From a virus (Duplodnaviria > Caudoviricetes): a stretch of DNA of 64,000 nt. The notes beneath the pieces were generated by a model. That model was given only the letters and a program-made list of their open reading frames with translations, was not told the origin of the DNA and did no database searches. Below, piece after piece: positions 28,900-39,311 of this stretch; the stretch's first letter is position 1, and every line of letters begins with the position of its first letter. The translations under genes and the position numbers were made by a program. The stretch is taken from positions 128,001 to 192,000 of IMG/VR virus record IMGVR_UViG_3300020375_000001. One strand, written 5' to 3'.

Positions 28900-31800
28900 A
28901 TGTCCGACGATATAGACATCGATGATGACGGCTTTGATAGCTTTGATGATTTCGATGCTCCTGATTTCGACGGTGATGTCGGGGGCGGTAATGAATCCCG
29001 CACGCCGATTACGGCTGCAGCCAGTAGCTTCACTGAAGCGGCAACTAACGACTTAATGAGCGTTAATGCGGCTAAGCAGATAGCTCGTAAGGGATTACCC
29101 GAAGGCTATGGCGAGGCCATGGACCTCGTTGATGAGACTGCAGGCCGGGCTTCTGACCTATACGATAAAGCCGAGAAAAGGTTAGAACCTGCTATCAAAT
29201 CCACGAAACAGGCAACCCGTGGATTGCTTCCTAAGGCAGAGGGTATTCTTCCTAAAAAACTATACGAACGTATGGCTAAATGGTCGGAGGATGATGATAA
29301 CAGTGGTCCTCGAGTCAATGCCGATGAGGAATCTATTTCCACTGCACTAAGTAGTATCTTCACTACGCAGTTAGAACAACAGGAAGCCGACAAGCAAGAA
29401 CAAACCGTCCGTGACACATTAAAAGGTGAAGTGGAAGGGGAGCGACACGAGCAGAACATTGACAAGTTGAGTCTGATTCAAAAGTCGATGTCGCGCTTGG
29501 TTGGCTATCAAGATTCTGTTACTGCAGCGTACCAAAAGAAATCATTGGACCTACAGTTTCGTCATTACTTCGCAGCGCGTGATTTACTTAAATTACAAAC
29601 CGCAAGTAATGCTGATGTTATCACAGCCTTAAATGACATCAAAACAAACACAGGTTTACCTGACTGGATTAAAACCCAGACTAACGAAAACTTTAATGCA
29701 ATGCTCTCTCAACGGTTGATGGGTGGTACCGTTGATACTGTTAGTGACTACATGGGCAATTTCCGTGAGAACCTTTTTAAGGGTATTGAGACGAAAGTCA
29801 TGGGTACTGTGGGAGAGGTTGCTGACGGTATTCAGGAAATTACTGGCGGTATCAGTCAGATGAATGAAGCCCAAGCAATGATGGCGGATTTCGATGATGG
29901 ACCAACTAAAAGCGGGGCGGTGCAAGCTGCCGAGATGGCTGGTGGCATTGGTGGTAGTACGGTTGCTAATAAAATTATTAACTTTATTGGTAGGCGGATG
30001 CGTAAGGAAACTGGCGCAACTAAAGCCATTGCTGAAAAGGGTATTGAAGCATCTAACTTTGTCAGAGGCTTCGACGGTAGATTGAAGGAGTTTATAGATA
30101 CTGCGGATAGTCGCGATGGAATGCTAGGTGTAGCTGGACGCTTCTTACAGGACGTTGCACCTACAATGAATACTACGCCAAGTGTACTGCAAAATCTTTC
30201 TAAGGATGCTACAGCTTCGGTTGAGTGGGATTTATTGTCTCGCCGTACTTTGGTGGAAATCATTCCTGAGTATTTAGCACGCATTACTCAAAACACCGAA
30301 TCTATGGCAACGGGTAAAGCTGCTGAGAAGATGGTGTACAGTAAGCAATCTGAATCTTTCATGACAGAATCGGATGCTATTGCTGAAGCTACTGATAAGT
30401 TTGTGCGTCGTGATGAGATTACGGAATACCGTAGTCGTTCTGATGAGTTACTGAATAGACTGTTTAGTGGTGCACGTATTTCACCTGAAGCCCGTATGGC
30501 AATGTCTGAACAGTTACACACCGACCTGAGTCGTGGTTGGAACTTTGATGTACGTCGCTATGTAAACGCCGATGCCTTTGAATCACACCTAGACCCTGAT
30601 GCTGTTGCTGAACTACGTGACTTTTTCCGCGATAAGTTTAAAGCGAAAGAGAAGGTCGTTGACGGTAAGAGTAGTTGGGATTTTGAGTACGGTGAGCAAA
30701 CCGGTAAGTTACTTGGTAGCTTGCAGAATCAGGGTAAGAATCTTCAAAATCGAATCCCTGAAATGCAAAGTAGTATCAATGAGTTCGTTGCCACTGGCGA
30801 TAAAGATTTGTTGCGCGCTACGGGGTGGATTGACTCTACCTCAGGTAGAGACCAGTTTAACTTACAGCGCATGAATAACCTGATGACCGGTCGTCTTGAA
30901 TTAGATGACTTACAGTCGGAATGGGAACGTGACCGCTTGAAAGAGGAACGGGGTGCTGAGAAAACCAAGTGGCAAGAGCGCGACCGTGGACAATGGGTAG
31001 TTGACGATAACAGTACTGTGGAACCTGTTAAGAGCGAGCGGGCTGAGAAATCTAACCTACCACCTGTCATGAGCAGTGAAGACCGTAGTATTATCTCTGG
31101 TCTGAATGCAATGATGGGGCAGTTAAGTACTACCAGTAAAGCAAGCCTTGACCGTTTAGCGGAAATGGCTACTAACAATGTAGAAGCTTCTGAATTCAAC
31201 AGTCAACAGGTACAAATCCTGACTGAGATTCGTGACCTACTGATTGCACAGCAGATGACTGGCTTGTCCAGTGAAGACGCAGCAATGGGTGCGGAGCTAT
31301 TGAAGAAGTTTACTGCGGCGGCTAACTGGGAACAACCTAAATGGTACAATACCCTTACTAGTGGCATTGTCGATGGTGCTAAAGCTGGCGCGGGGATGTT
31401 AAGTAGTTACTACGGTGCACTTGGTAATGCTGCGTCATCCACTGTCGGTTTCTTGAAAGAGAAGGGTACTGCAGCTTGGGGTAAAATCCAAGAAAAAGGT
31501 GCCGCACTGTCAGATGTCTACATAAACGGTATGCAAATGCCTGCACTGCGTGCACAGCTTATAAAGGCTGGTCGCTATGTGGACTCGCAGACGGGGAAGG
31601 TAATTACTAGCTTAGACGATATCAGTGGCGAGGTCATTGATAAAGTAACCGGCAATGTAGTTATCTCAGCTGAGGATTATCGTGGGGGTCTATTTGATAA
31701 CCGTGGCAATACCCTGTTCGCTAAACTAGGTGCAGGAGCTCAGAAGTTAATCTCTGGCGGAATGGAAGCTCTGGGTAGCTACTATGGCTTTTTAGGTAAC

Positions 31801-34800
31801 ACTGCTGGTAATGTACTCACATGGGGCAAGGAGAAGATTACGGACCTTGACCGTAAACTAAGAACTGAGAGTGACGTATACGTTAAGAACCGTATGGGCG
31901 ATGGTCCTGCATTATTACGTACTAAGTTGTTGCGTGGTGCATACTTCGATATTGAAGGTAATCCTATCTTCTCTGTCGGGGACATTACGGGACCAGTCTT
32001 TGATGAAGACGGTAACCAGTTGATTAGTGACGAGGATATCTCTGCTGGCTTAGTTGACCCTCAAGGGGATGACATTAAGACTGCGGGTATTCTAGGCAAC
32101 GGGTTAGGGATAGTTGGTGCTGGCATCGGCCTTGCTAAGAAAGGTGCGAGTAAAGCATTCAGTGCTTTGAAAACTTACTATTCTGGTCTGGGTCAAATCT
32201 CAGGTAGTCTACTTGACAAGCTAAAGCATGGCTTTTCTGGGTTTGGTGGTTCGGAAGTTGCAGAGACAATGAATGTCACGGCGACCAACGTATACCTTAA
32301 TGGTAACATCATTCGGGAAGGTGAACCTTCGGTAGCTGAAAAGGCTGGTACCACTGTAAGCTCTGCTGTATCTACGGTACGTGAAAAGACCGGAGAGATG
32401 AGCGAGCAGTTGAAGGCCGCTACTGCATCCGTAAAAGAGAGGGCATCTGCTGAACTAAACACCGCCACAGCGAAAGCTTCAGAACTTACTGGGGCAGCAA
32501 AGGCCAAAGCGAAGGAAACCAAAGACAGTCTACTTGGTCGTGAGATTGGGGAAGACACGACACTGGTTGCTGACGCTAACGGTAATGTAAGCCTTAAGAC
32601 TGAAGAAGGGGTTATTCCTGCTGGGGATGGTTCTACCAAAGGTTACATGGCTGCATTACTTGCTTACTTCCATCGTCAGAGTCAACAAGATTCAGCCGAT
32701 GGTGATGGCGATGGTCTACGTGATGGTGGTTGGCGCTCCAAACTCTTTGGTCGTAAGAAAACCGAAGACGACTCCACTGAGGACAAACCTAAAGAAGGGA
32801 ACCGGAAAGCTGGTAAGGGTATGTTAGCTGGAATGGCTGGCTTACTTGGACTTGGCGGAGGGTCTGATGAAGATAGTGGGGATGGCGACAGTTTCGCAGG
32901 TGACGTTGCTGCTGAAGTTGCAGGGGAGTACGCTGCAGATAAACTAGGTGGTAAAGGTGGTGACAGTGATAGTGGTGGTAGAAGACGTACCCGTACGCCG
33001 AAAGGTAAGGGGAATCTAGCATCGCGAGCGTGGGGTGCAATTAAAGGTGCTGGTAGTAGCGTTAAGGAAATGGCTACCAATGCTAAAGGTCGTAGTATAA
33101 TGGGGAATGCGAAAGCGTTAACCACAGGTACGGCTGGATTAGTTGCAGGCCTTGGTAAAGGCATTAAGTCATTCGGTGGTAAACTTACCTCTGGTCCTGG
33201 TTCTAGCCTGCTTAAAAAAGCAGGGCTATTTGGGGCAAGGGCTGGCCTAGGTTTACTGGGTGGTACCTTAGCGGCGGTAGGTGGGGTGGCGGCTGCCCCT
33301 ATAGTAGCAAGTGCATTGGCTATAGCGGGTACTGCATGGACAGCCTACGAAGTGGCAAGTGGTGTGGGTGGATTCCTGTTCCGACGTTCTGAGGCAGAAC
33401 CTATTGAGCGTTATCGTTTCTTACAGTACGGTTTAAATCCGGATAACAAAGAGCATCGTGTGTTCCTGCGTATCTTGGAAGCTGGCGCTGCTGATAACGT
33501 TGAGTACATGGGACAGGATGGTACTAATAACCGTATCCTACTAGGTGACGACCCTGAGTGGTTGTACGAGGCTATGGATTACATTGGTATCGATGCACAT
33601 ACGGAATACGAGGAAGACCCTGAAAATGGTGAGCGTTTTGGCAAGTGTTACAAATGGTTCAAGAATCGTTTTGAGCCTGTGTTCTTATTACACCATGGCC
33701 ATGCTCGTCAGTTGGATGAAGACGTAGACCTACTTGACATTGACGATGAAATGGACGATGAACTGAAACATAGGTTTGTTGACCGTTCGTATTATCCCAA
33801 TAACGGTGAGAGTCAATCGCCATACTTTGTGGATACGCCATTCATCGAAGGGTATACCATCGGCTACGATGACATCGATGCGCAACGTGACGCTCTATTA
33901 GCTGAATATAAAGCGTATCAAGAAGGGGACAAGGAAGAGTCGGGTATTGGTTCTAAAATCAAGTCGGCGTTAATGATGGCTACTCCGGTAGGCATGGCAA
34001 TGAAAGCCGCTGAAACATTAACGAGTAAAGATGCTGGTACTGGTACTAAGGATGAGGAATCATCTGGAAGTATTAGTAAGATTCTTAAGGGTGGCCTTAT
34101 GGCTGTTCCTGGGGTAGGCATTGGAGCAATGTTGTACAACATGTTCTCCGACGACGATGAGGAAGTGAAGGTGAAGGTGCCACAGTTTAAAACTGAAGAC
34201 GGCAGTGACATCTCTCACTTGGATGCTATACGCTTCTACCAATACGGTGTGGGTAAACTTACTGATAGAACCGCTGCATTACTCTACCGTTTAGAGCGTG
34301 CAGTCTCTGCTGACCTTGCATACGCAGGGGATACAGTAGAGTGGTCTGGTAATCTGAAACGTATCTGGCACGATATGGCAACCGCCCTTGGCTACTCTAG
34401 AAGGGATGGTGCTGCTAGAGGGGAGTGGAACAAATGGTTTACCATTACCTTCCTACCAGTGTTTTCAGCTTACGCCGCTGCATTAAGAAGTAAGTCCGTT
34501 AACGAAATTCACAGTCCTAAGCTGTCGAAGAAGGATATGTGGGAAGTGGCGAAAGTCATTGTTCTTGACATAGCCCCTCGCTTTGCGGGTATGTTGAGAC
34601 GTGGACATGAAGCGGTGGCTAACGACGACATGGTTACTAAACTATTGTTAGCGTTAGAAGAACAGGCTAAGGTGAAAGAGAAAGAGTTTGAGCTAACTAC
34701 CCCTAACACTAAAGGCCCTGTGGTCGATGGTGTTGCTCCGGTAATGAAGTTGACTAGTACTGTTACTAGCGCAGCGTCTAAAGGGGATACGGAAGCGAAG

Positions 34801-35979
34801 ACATCTACTCCTACATCTACTCCGACAACAGTCAAGCGGAAACTGGAGACTACCAAAACTGCTACAGGCGGTGACGGGTTCGTTGTACCTGCGGATGGAA
34901 ACATTAGTTCCCCGTATGGTAACCGAGTCCACCCAATTGACGGTACAAAGAAATTCCATGCTGGCATTGATATCGCCGGACCGGAAGGTACTCCTATCGT
35001 GGCCAGTGCAAGTGGCGTTATCAGTCGTCGTGATTACTCACGTGACTATGGTAATGTTATCTACATTGAAAACGATGATGGTACACATAGCCGTTACGCA
35101 CACATGTATCGCTTTGAACCTGGCTATCGTGTTGGGGACAGAGTAGAGCAAGGTGCTAAAATTGGTGAGATGGGGTCGACAGGTGCGTCTACTGGTTCAC
35201 ACCTACACTTCGAAGTACGTAAAGATACGTATGATAAAAACTCAGCCCTAAACCCTCTGGACCTGTTTAACGGGGACAAGGCTACAAAGGCAAGAGAAGA
35301 AGTGGCCAAGGCAGTGAAAGCTGCTGAGGATGAGAAGAGTGGTAAGATAGATACAAGCCTTGAAGGTGAGAATACTATTGCATCCACTGTGAAAGGTGAA
35401 GCGACTAACCACGATGCTAAACGAGAAGCTACGGCTAGGGTGAATACTCCTCTGGTGAAACCTGCTAACATGGTACCATCTACTCCGGTAATGGAAACTG
35501 TTAAGGTAGGCTACACTGAGGATGAGGTGGCTACATTAGCACCGACTCAACCTGTTACGGCTAAGAAGTTACCAACAATTAACCATGCCCCGGTTACACC
35601 GGTACGGAAACCTAAGCAGGCAGTTGAAGGTGAGCTAATCGTTGAAGCTGAGGTGTTACAGCAAAAACGTGCACAACTTGGTCAAGAAGTTGCAAATGCG
35701 AAAAGTGAGCAACAGCTCGAGTTAATCGGGATGATACTGCATCGTCAGTTAGAGTCTAACTATCGCATGGAAGAACTAATGGCTAAGGTGGTTGATAACA
35801 CAATGGCTACAGCCGAAAGGGTAACGCCTGTTACACAACAAGCACAGAAAGACACCGGTAGCGTAAAGCCTAAACCAGATGCAAAAGCTGCTACTGGTAA
35901 AGAGCTAAACGCACTCTTCGCTAGTCGAGAGAAAACTAAGCCACTTTCGCACCCTCTACTTATGGGTCGAAACAAGTAA
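28900..35979 (+). CDS. Tail tape measure protein (gp181-like) with C-terminal M23 peptidase
   Basis: 2359 aa, divergent from gp180-like. YQKKSLDLQFRHY motif. M23 motifs HAGID, YAHM and STGSHLHFE at about 34880-35270. Confidence 0.9.
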   Translation: MSDDIDIDDDGFDSFDDFDAPDFDGDVGGGNESRTPITAAASSFTEAATNDLMSVNAAKQIARKGLPEGYGEAMDLVDETAGRASDLYDKAEKRLEPAIKSTKQATRGLLPKAEGILPKKLYERMAKWSEDDDNSGPRVNADEESISTALSSIFTTQLEQQEADKQEQTVRDTLKGEVEGERHEQNIDKLSLIQKSMSRLVGYQDSVTAAYQKKSLDLQFRHYFAARDLLKLQTASNADVITALNDIKTNTGLPDWIKTQTNENFNAMLSQRLMGGTVDTVSDYMGNFRENLFKGIETKVMGTVGEVADGIQEITGGISQMNEAQAMMADFDDGPTKSGAVQAAEMAGGIGGSTVANKIINFIGRRMRKETGATKAIAEKGIEASNFVRGFDGRLKEFIDTADSRDGMLGVAGRFLQDVAPTMNTTPSVLQNLSKDATASVEWDLLSRRTLVEIIPEYLARITQNTESMATGKAAEKMVYSKQSESFMTESDAIAEATDKFVRRDEITEYRSRSDELLNRLFSGARISPEARMAMSEQLHTDLSRGWNFDVRRYVNADAFESHLDPDAVAELRDFFRDKFKAKEKVVDGKSSWDFEYGEQTGKLLGSLQNQGKNLQNRIPEMQSSINEFVATGDKDLLRATGWIDSTSGRDQFNLQRMNNLMTGRLELDDLQSEWERDRLKEERGAEKTKWQERDRGQWVVDDNSTVEPVKSERAEKSNLPPVMSSEDRSIISGLNAMMGQLSTTSKASLDRLAEMATNNVEASEFNSQQVQILTEIRDLLIAQQMTGLSSEDAAMGAELLKKFTAAANWEQPKWYNTLTSGIVDGAKAGAGMLSSYYGALGNAASSTVGFLKEKGTAAWGKIQEKGAALSDVYINGMQMPALRAQLIKAGRYVDSQTGKVITSLDDISGEVIDKVTGNVVISAEDYRGGLFDNRGNTLFAKLGAGAQKLISGGMEALGSYYGFLGNTAGNVLTWGKEKITDLDRKLRTESDVYVKNRMGDGPALLRTKLLRGAYFDIEGNPIFSVGDITGPVFDEDGNQLISDEDISAGLVDPQGDDIKTAGILGNGLGIVGAGIGLAKKGASKAFSALKTYYSGLGQISGSLLDKLKHGFSGFGGSEVAETMNVTATNVYLNGNIIREGEPSVAEKAGTTVSSAVSTVREKTGEMSEQLKAATASVKERASAELNTATAKASELTGAAKAKAKETKDSLLGREIGEDTTLVADANGNVSLKTEEGVIPAGDGSTKGYMAALLAYFHRQSQQDSADGDGDGLRDGGWRSKLFGRKKTEDDSTEDKPKEGNRKAGKGMLAGMAGLLGLGGGSDEDSGDGDSFAGDVAAEVAGEYAADKLGGKGGDSDSGGRRRTRTPKGKGNLASRAWGAIKGAGSSVKEMATNAKGRSIMGNAKALTTGTAGLVAGLGKGIKSFGGKLTSGPGSSLLKKAGLFGARAGLGLLGGTLAAVGGVAAAPIVASALAIAGTAWTAYEVASGVGGFLFRRSEAEPIERYRFLQYGLNPDNKEHRVFLRILEAGAADNVEYMGQDGTNNRILLGDDPEWLYEAMDYIGIDAHTEYEEDPENGERFGKCYKWFKNRFEPVFLLHHGHARQLDEDVDLLDIDDEMDDELKHRFVDRSYYPNNGESQSPYFVDTPFIEGYTIGYDDIDAQRDALLAEYKAYQEGDKEESGIGSKIKSALMMATPVGMAMKAAETLTSKDAGTGTKDEESSGSISKILKGGLMAVPGVGIGAMLYNMFSDDDEEVKVKVPQFKTEDGSDISHLDAIRFYQYGVGKLTDRTAALLYRLERAVSADLAYAGDTVEWSGNLKRIWHDMATALGYSRRDGAARGEWNKWFTITFLPVFSAYAAALRSKSVNEIHSPKLSKKDMWEVAKVIVLDIAPRFAGMLRRGHEAVANDDMVTKLLLALEEQAKVKEKEFELTTPNTKGPVVDGVAPVMKLTSTVTSAASKGDTEAKTSTPTSTPTTVKRKLETTKTATGGDGFVVPADGNISSPYGNRVHPIDGTKKFHAGIDIAGPEGTPIVASASGVISRRDYSRDYGNVIYIENDDGTHSRYAHMYRFEPGYRVGDRVEQGAKIGEMGSTGASTGSHLHFEVRKDTYDKNSALNPLDLFNGDKATKAREEVAKAVKAAEDEKSGKIDTSLEGENTIASTVKGEATNHDAKREATARVNTPLVKPANMVPSTPVMETVKVGYTEDEVATLAPTQPVTAKKLPTINHAPVTPVRKPKQAVEGELIVEAEVLQQKRAQLGQEVANAKSEQQLELIGMILHRQLESNYRMEELMAKVVDNTMATAERVTPVTQQAQKDTGSVKPKPDAKAATGKELNALFASREKTKPLSHPLLMGRNK

Positions 35980-35985
35980 CAATTC

Positions 35986-36014
35986 GGGAGGCCTAGCGCC
36001 TCCCTTATTTTTTT
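35986..36014 (+). terminator. Terminator after tape measure
   Basis: GGGAGGC...GCCTCCC followed by a T-run. Confidence 0.75.
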
Positions 36015-36035
36015 CTTTTAATAAGGAGTGGTTAT

Positions 36036-37994
36036 ATGGCTGCTGAAAAAGACGCCACTACGTTTAACGATTCCTCTTGGCTACGTCAAGCTTTTATTCT
36101 ACCGAATACAGAAAAAGCTATTACGGCTAAAGACAATTTCAATCGAACGTATTCTGGGTCGTTTAACAAGTTCACAGATACCACTCCGGGTGGTAACTTT
36201 ACAATAAACAATCCACCACAAGCTTGCCGCTTTGCTGACCGTAAGAATCATAACTTGCGAGACTACTTACAGCGAAACAACATTAAGGCTTCGAACAGTA
36301 AAGGGATGGGACGCTTTTACAGTGAAGCGTATGACGATAACTCAGTAAAGGTACACTTGAGTTTTGGGGTTCCAGAGTTTAATAGTGTTACACGCTTCTT
36401 CTCAAACTTCTATGACCCAGAGATGGGTGCTTTAGCAAGAACAGGTGAAACAGCTGGACTGAGCTATTCGTTAGGCAAGGCAGTAGGTTGGCTAGTCTCT
36501 GCTCCACTGATTCCTTTCGTTATGGCTGGGTCATTGATTCGCTATTTAAGTGGGAAGCCTAGTAGTAAATATTACTACGTTAAACCTACCATGGGACCTT
36601 ACTGGAATGCTGTGAATATCATGGCCAATAAACTGGCAGTAAACATTGGTATTCAGCCTGGGGTATTCAGTGAGGGCACTGCTGAAGAATCGGTTGACTT
36701 TGGTGGTAAGAACGGTTCGGTAAAAAGGGCAGATTACTCAGGGGACTCCCCTGGGGCTTCTTGGGAAGAGTATACAAAAATATTACCGCAGATATTTCGT
36801 CGTGAAGGTGGTATAGATGTATACGCCATGGCTACCCGTGCTCAACGTATTTACGATGCCCAGCTAAACGCACAAATCAAAGCTATCCAATCCGCAGCTA
36901 CTGAAGAGGAGCTGGAGAAGAAGTTGGCTGCGGTTGCCGGTGGTAACTTTGACAGTAACGTGAATAACAAAACCATTCGCGAGTATACAGAGAACTACCG
37001 CGAGTCAAGTCTAGCAAAGGCAAAAGAGCAAGATGCCGCTGCAGCAGCTGCTTCTGGGGACGATACGACATTTAAGTCTGACGACTCTAGCTTCACGGAT
37101 TATATTCAGGCAGAACTTCGTGACGGTTCTAATTGGGTTGCCTTCCGTTTAGATGAAGTGGGTAGTATTGGTGAGAGTTTCAACAACTCTACTAAAGAGC
37201 CAGGTATTGCCGCTACCATTAACGGTATCTCCTCACAAGCCAAAGACTTTGGTACTAACACCATGAACTTCAATCTTGGTGGGGGTGTGGTAGGTGATGT
37301 ACTTGGTGCATTTGCGGATAGCCTTAAACAGTTCTCTTTGGGTGCTTTGGATGGAGTTGGCCTAAGTGGTCTTGCTGTATTAGGTGGCGGTGCATTTGCG
37401 GATATCCAGAATGTATGGGATAACTCCTCTGCGCAGTTACCGTCTGAGTCATTTACTATCCAGTTGCGTACACCGTACGGTAATAAGGTAAGTATCTTCC
37501 AGAACCTGTACATGCCTTTGGCTATGTTACTTGCTGGTGCACTACCTTTATCTACCGGTCCTAGTTCATACACCTCACCGTTTATGTGTCAGTGTTTCGT
37601 TCCGGGACGTATGCAAACTCGTTGCGGTATGATTACCGACTTATCCATTACTCGCGGTACATCAAATGCGGGTTGGAGTGTTGATGGTTTACCATTAGGC
37701 ATTGACGTAACCTTTACCGTTACCGACATGTCTTCGGTTATTCATGTCCCCCTAGATGAGCGAGCAGGTATCTTAGACGATGATAATGCGTTTAATGATT
37801 ACATGGCTATCTTAGGTGCCTTGGGTGTAGCGGAACAGTTCTACCCGACGGCAAAGCTTAAGCGTGCTATGGTTACCAAGTTTAGACAGTTTGAAAGTAT
37901 GTTCTCTACTGCACATACTGCTCAGTGGGCTGCCGGTACAATGCCCGGTCGATTACTATCAGCTTTCTATCGTGGTGCCCAAGGTATCAGTTAA
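36036..37994 (+). CDS. Tail/baseplate protein (phiKZ gp182-like)
   Basis: WLRQAF, DTTPGGNFTINNPPQ, LRTPYGN and GMITDLSITRG motifs; synteny. Confidence 0.85.
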   Translation: MAAEKDATTFNDSSWLRQAFILPNTEKAITAKDNFNRTYSGSFNKFTDTTPGGNFTINNPPQACRFADRKNHNLRDYLQRNNIKASNSKGMGRFYSEAYDDNSVKVHLSFGVPEFNSVTRFFSNFYDPEMGALARTGETAGLSYSLGKAVGWLVSAPLIPFVMAGSLIRYLSGKPSSKYYYVKPTMGPYWNAVNIMANKLAVNIGIQPGVFSEGTAEESVDFGGKNGSVKRADYSGDSPGASWEEYTKILPQIFRREGGIDVYAMATRAQRIYDAQLNAQIKAIQSAATEEELEKKLAAVAGGNFDSNVNNKTIREYTENYRESSLAKAKEQDAAAAAASGDDTTFKSDDSSFTDYIQAELRDGSNWVAFRLDEVGSIGESFNNSTKEPGIAATINGISSQAKDFGTNTMNFNLGGGVVGDVLGAFADSLKQFSLGALDGVGLSGLAVLGGGAFADIQNVWDNSSAQLPSESFTIQLRTPYGNKVSIFQNLYMPLAMLLAGALPLSTGPSSYTSPFMCQCFVPGRMQTRCGMITDLSITRGTSNAGWSVDGLPLGIDVTFTVTDMSSVIHVPLDERAGILDDDNAFNDYMAILGALGVAEQFYPTAKLKRAMVTKFRQFESMFSTAHTAQWAAGTMPGRLLSAFYRGAQGIS

Positions 37995-38006
37995 ACAAAA
38001 AAAATA

Positions 38007-38026
38007 AGGGGAGCGCAAGCTCCCCT
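38007..38026. terminator. Bidirectional terminator
   Basis: AGGGGAGC-GCAA-GCTCCCCT between convergent genes, with A/T runs on both sides. Confidence 0.8.
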
Positions 38027-38045
38027 ATTTATTCCGTCGCGGCGA

Positions 38046-39182
38046 TTAACCTTCCGGCAATAACACCCCATTGACCATACGGTGCGAATACCCTTTCTTG
38101 GGGTAGCGTCCTGCCATGGCAATATTACGAGCGTGTGTCATGTCGTAAGATAATATATGTAGTGCTTCATCGGTAGCCTTGTAATAGTATTCTAGGTTAC
38201 TGATGGTTTTACCGCCACGTTGCATTGTATACCAGTTAGGGTCAATGTCATTGAGTGAAGAGGTCAATTCATTGTACGCGTTTTCCCACGTGGTATCGTA
38301 GGAGTCGGTAAAGCCCCATGGATATTTATTTAAGATATCCGGGATAAGCTGAGGGTTGTAGCGAGCAAGACGTTCGGTAGCAGGTGCCCCTTCGTCTTCG
38401 TTCATCTTCTTCACTGCCTTCCTAACAAAGCGAACCTGCTTGTCACTTTGGAAGTCACTCAGCGTGGTCTCCATAAAGCTATCGGATTGGTCACGTAGCC
38501 CGCGTCCCATTTCCTCAAGCATCCCATCATACGCTGGGTCGGTTAACCACTTAGCTCCGCATCGTAATGCTGCTAATAAACTTGTGTCCTTAGCTGCACG
38601 GGTACCCTTACCGTCACTGTTGTCCCCAAACGTAATGTTAGGAAAGAGTGCACTGAGTCCGGAGAACAAAGCCCGCATGGATTTGTCACAGGCAGTCGTA
38701 CTCCAATCATACTCCTTAAGTAGTTTCAACTTAAGTTTGTTGTTGTACGTTTTCTCATCGTAATCTGGTGTTATTTCTTTTAACCGCTTTTCTAAGCCAG
38801 TTGCTGTCACCAGTTTATTGATGGCTTGACCATTCCCCTCTAAGGAATCTAGTTGTCCTTTTTCTTTCAGTTCTTTGACTGTTGCATTTGCCGCATCTTC
38901 ATCTTTCATGTCGATGTTATTAACGGCTGCTAAAGTCTCTGCCCCCGCACTACTTGAGTTAACCTCAGAAGCTGAGCTACTGGCAGATTGACCTGCTGGT
39001 GATTTTAATGCTTCTTGTTTCTCAGGTGGGGTTGTTTCTGGAATTGCATTTTCAAATGTAGACAGACTAGCCCCTGCATTAGAGGCGGCCTCTTCGGCGG
39101 CAACTATCTCTACCGTATCCCCGACAAGGACTTCGTCGTCTGCCCCATTAATAAATATGGGGTCGGCAACTTTACCACTCAT
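38046..39182 (-). CDS. Hypothetical protein, possibly virion-associated
   Basis: Start MSGKVADP with AAGGAG SD. Low-complexity A/S/E N-terminus. Confidence 0.7.
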   Translation of the reverse strand: MSGKVADPIFINGADDEVLVGDTVEIVAAEEAASNAGASLSTFENAIPETTPPEKQEALKSPAGQSASSSASEVNSSSAGAETLAAVNNIDMKDEDAANATVKELKEKGQLDSLEGNGQAINKLVTATGLEKRLKEITPDYDEKTYNNKLKLKLLKEYDWSTTACDKSMRALFSGLSALFPNITFGDNSDGKGTRAAKDTSLLAALRCGAKWLTDPAYDGMLEEMGRGLRDQSDSFMETTLSDFQSDKQVRFVRKAVKKMNEDEGAPATERLARYNPQLIPDILNKYPWGFTDSYDTTWENAYNELTSSLNDIDPNWYTMQRGGKTISNLEYYYKATDEALHILSYDMTHARNIAMAGRYPKKGYSHRMVNGVLLPEG

Positions 39183-39230
39183 GTCAAGAGCTCCTTTTAA
39201 TTGAACGTCATAGGAAAGACAAAAAAAAAG

Positions 39231-39256
39231 AAGAGGGTGCTGCCACACACCCTCTT
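39231..39256 (-). terminator. Terminator
   Basis: AAGAGGGTG...CACCCTCTT with a minus-strand T9 run. Confidence 0.75.
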
Positions 39257-39311
39257 TCTTTATACGAATGGAATAAACATAATACTAGACTCTATAGATA
39301 TAGGGTTATGT

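Noticed and set aside
29106-35975. Numerous antisense ORFs of 60-160 aa within the tape measure gene
   Set aside because: S/P/L-rich shadows of a low-complexity, codon-biased sense gene; no SDs.
39183-39248. N-terminal extension MWQHPLLFF of the 400 aa ORF
   Set aside because: Runs through a terminator; a strong SD precedes MSGKV.
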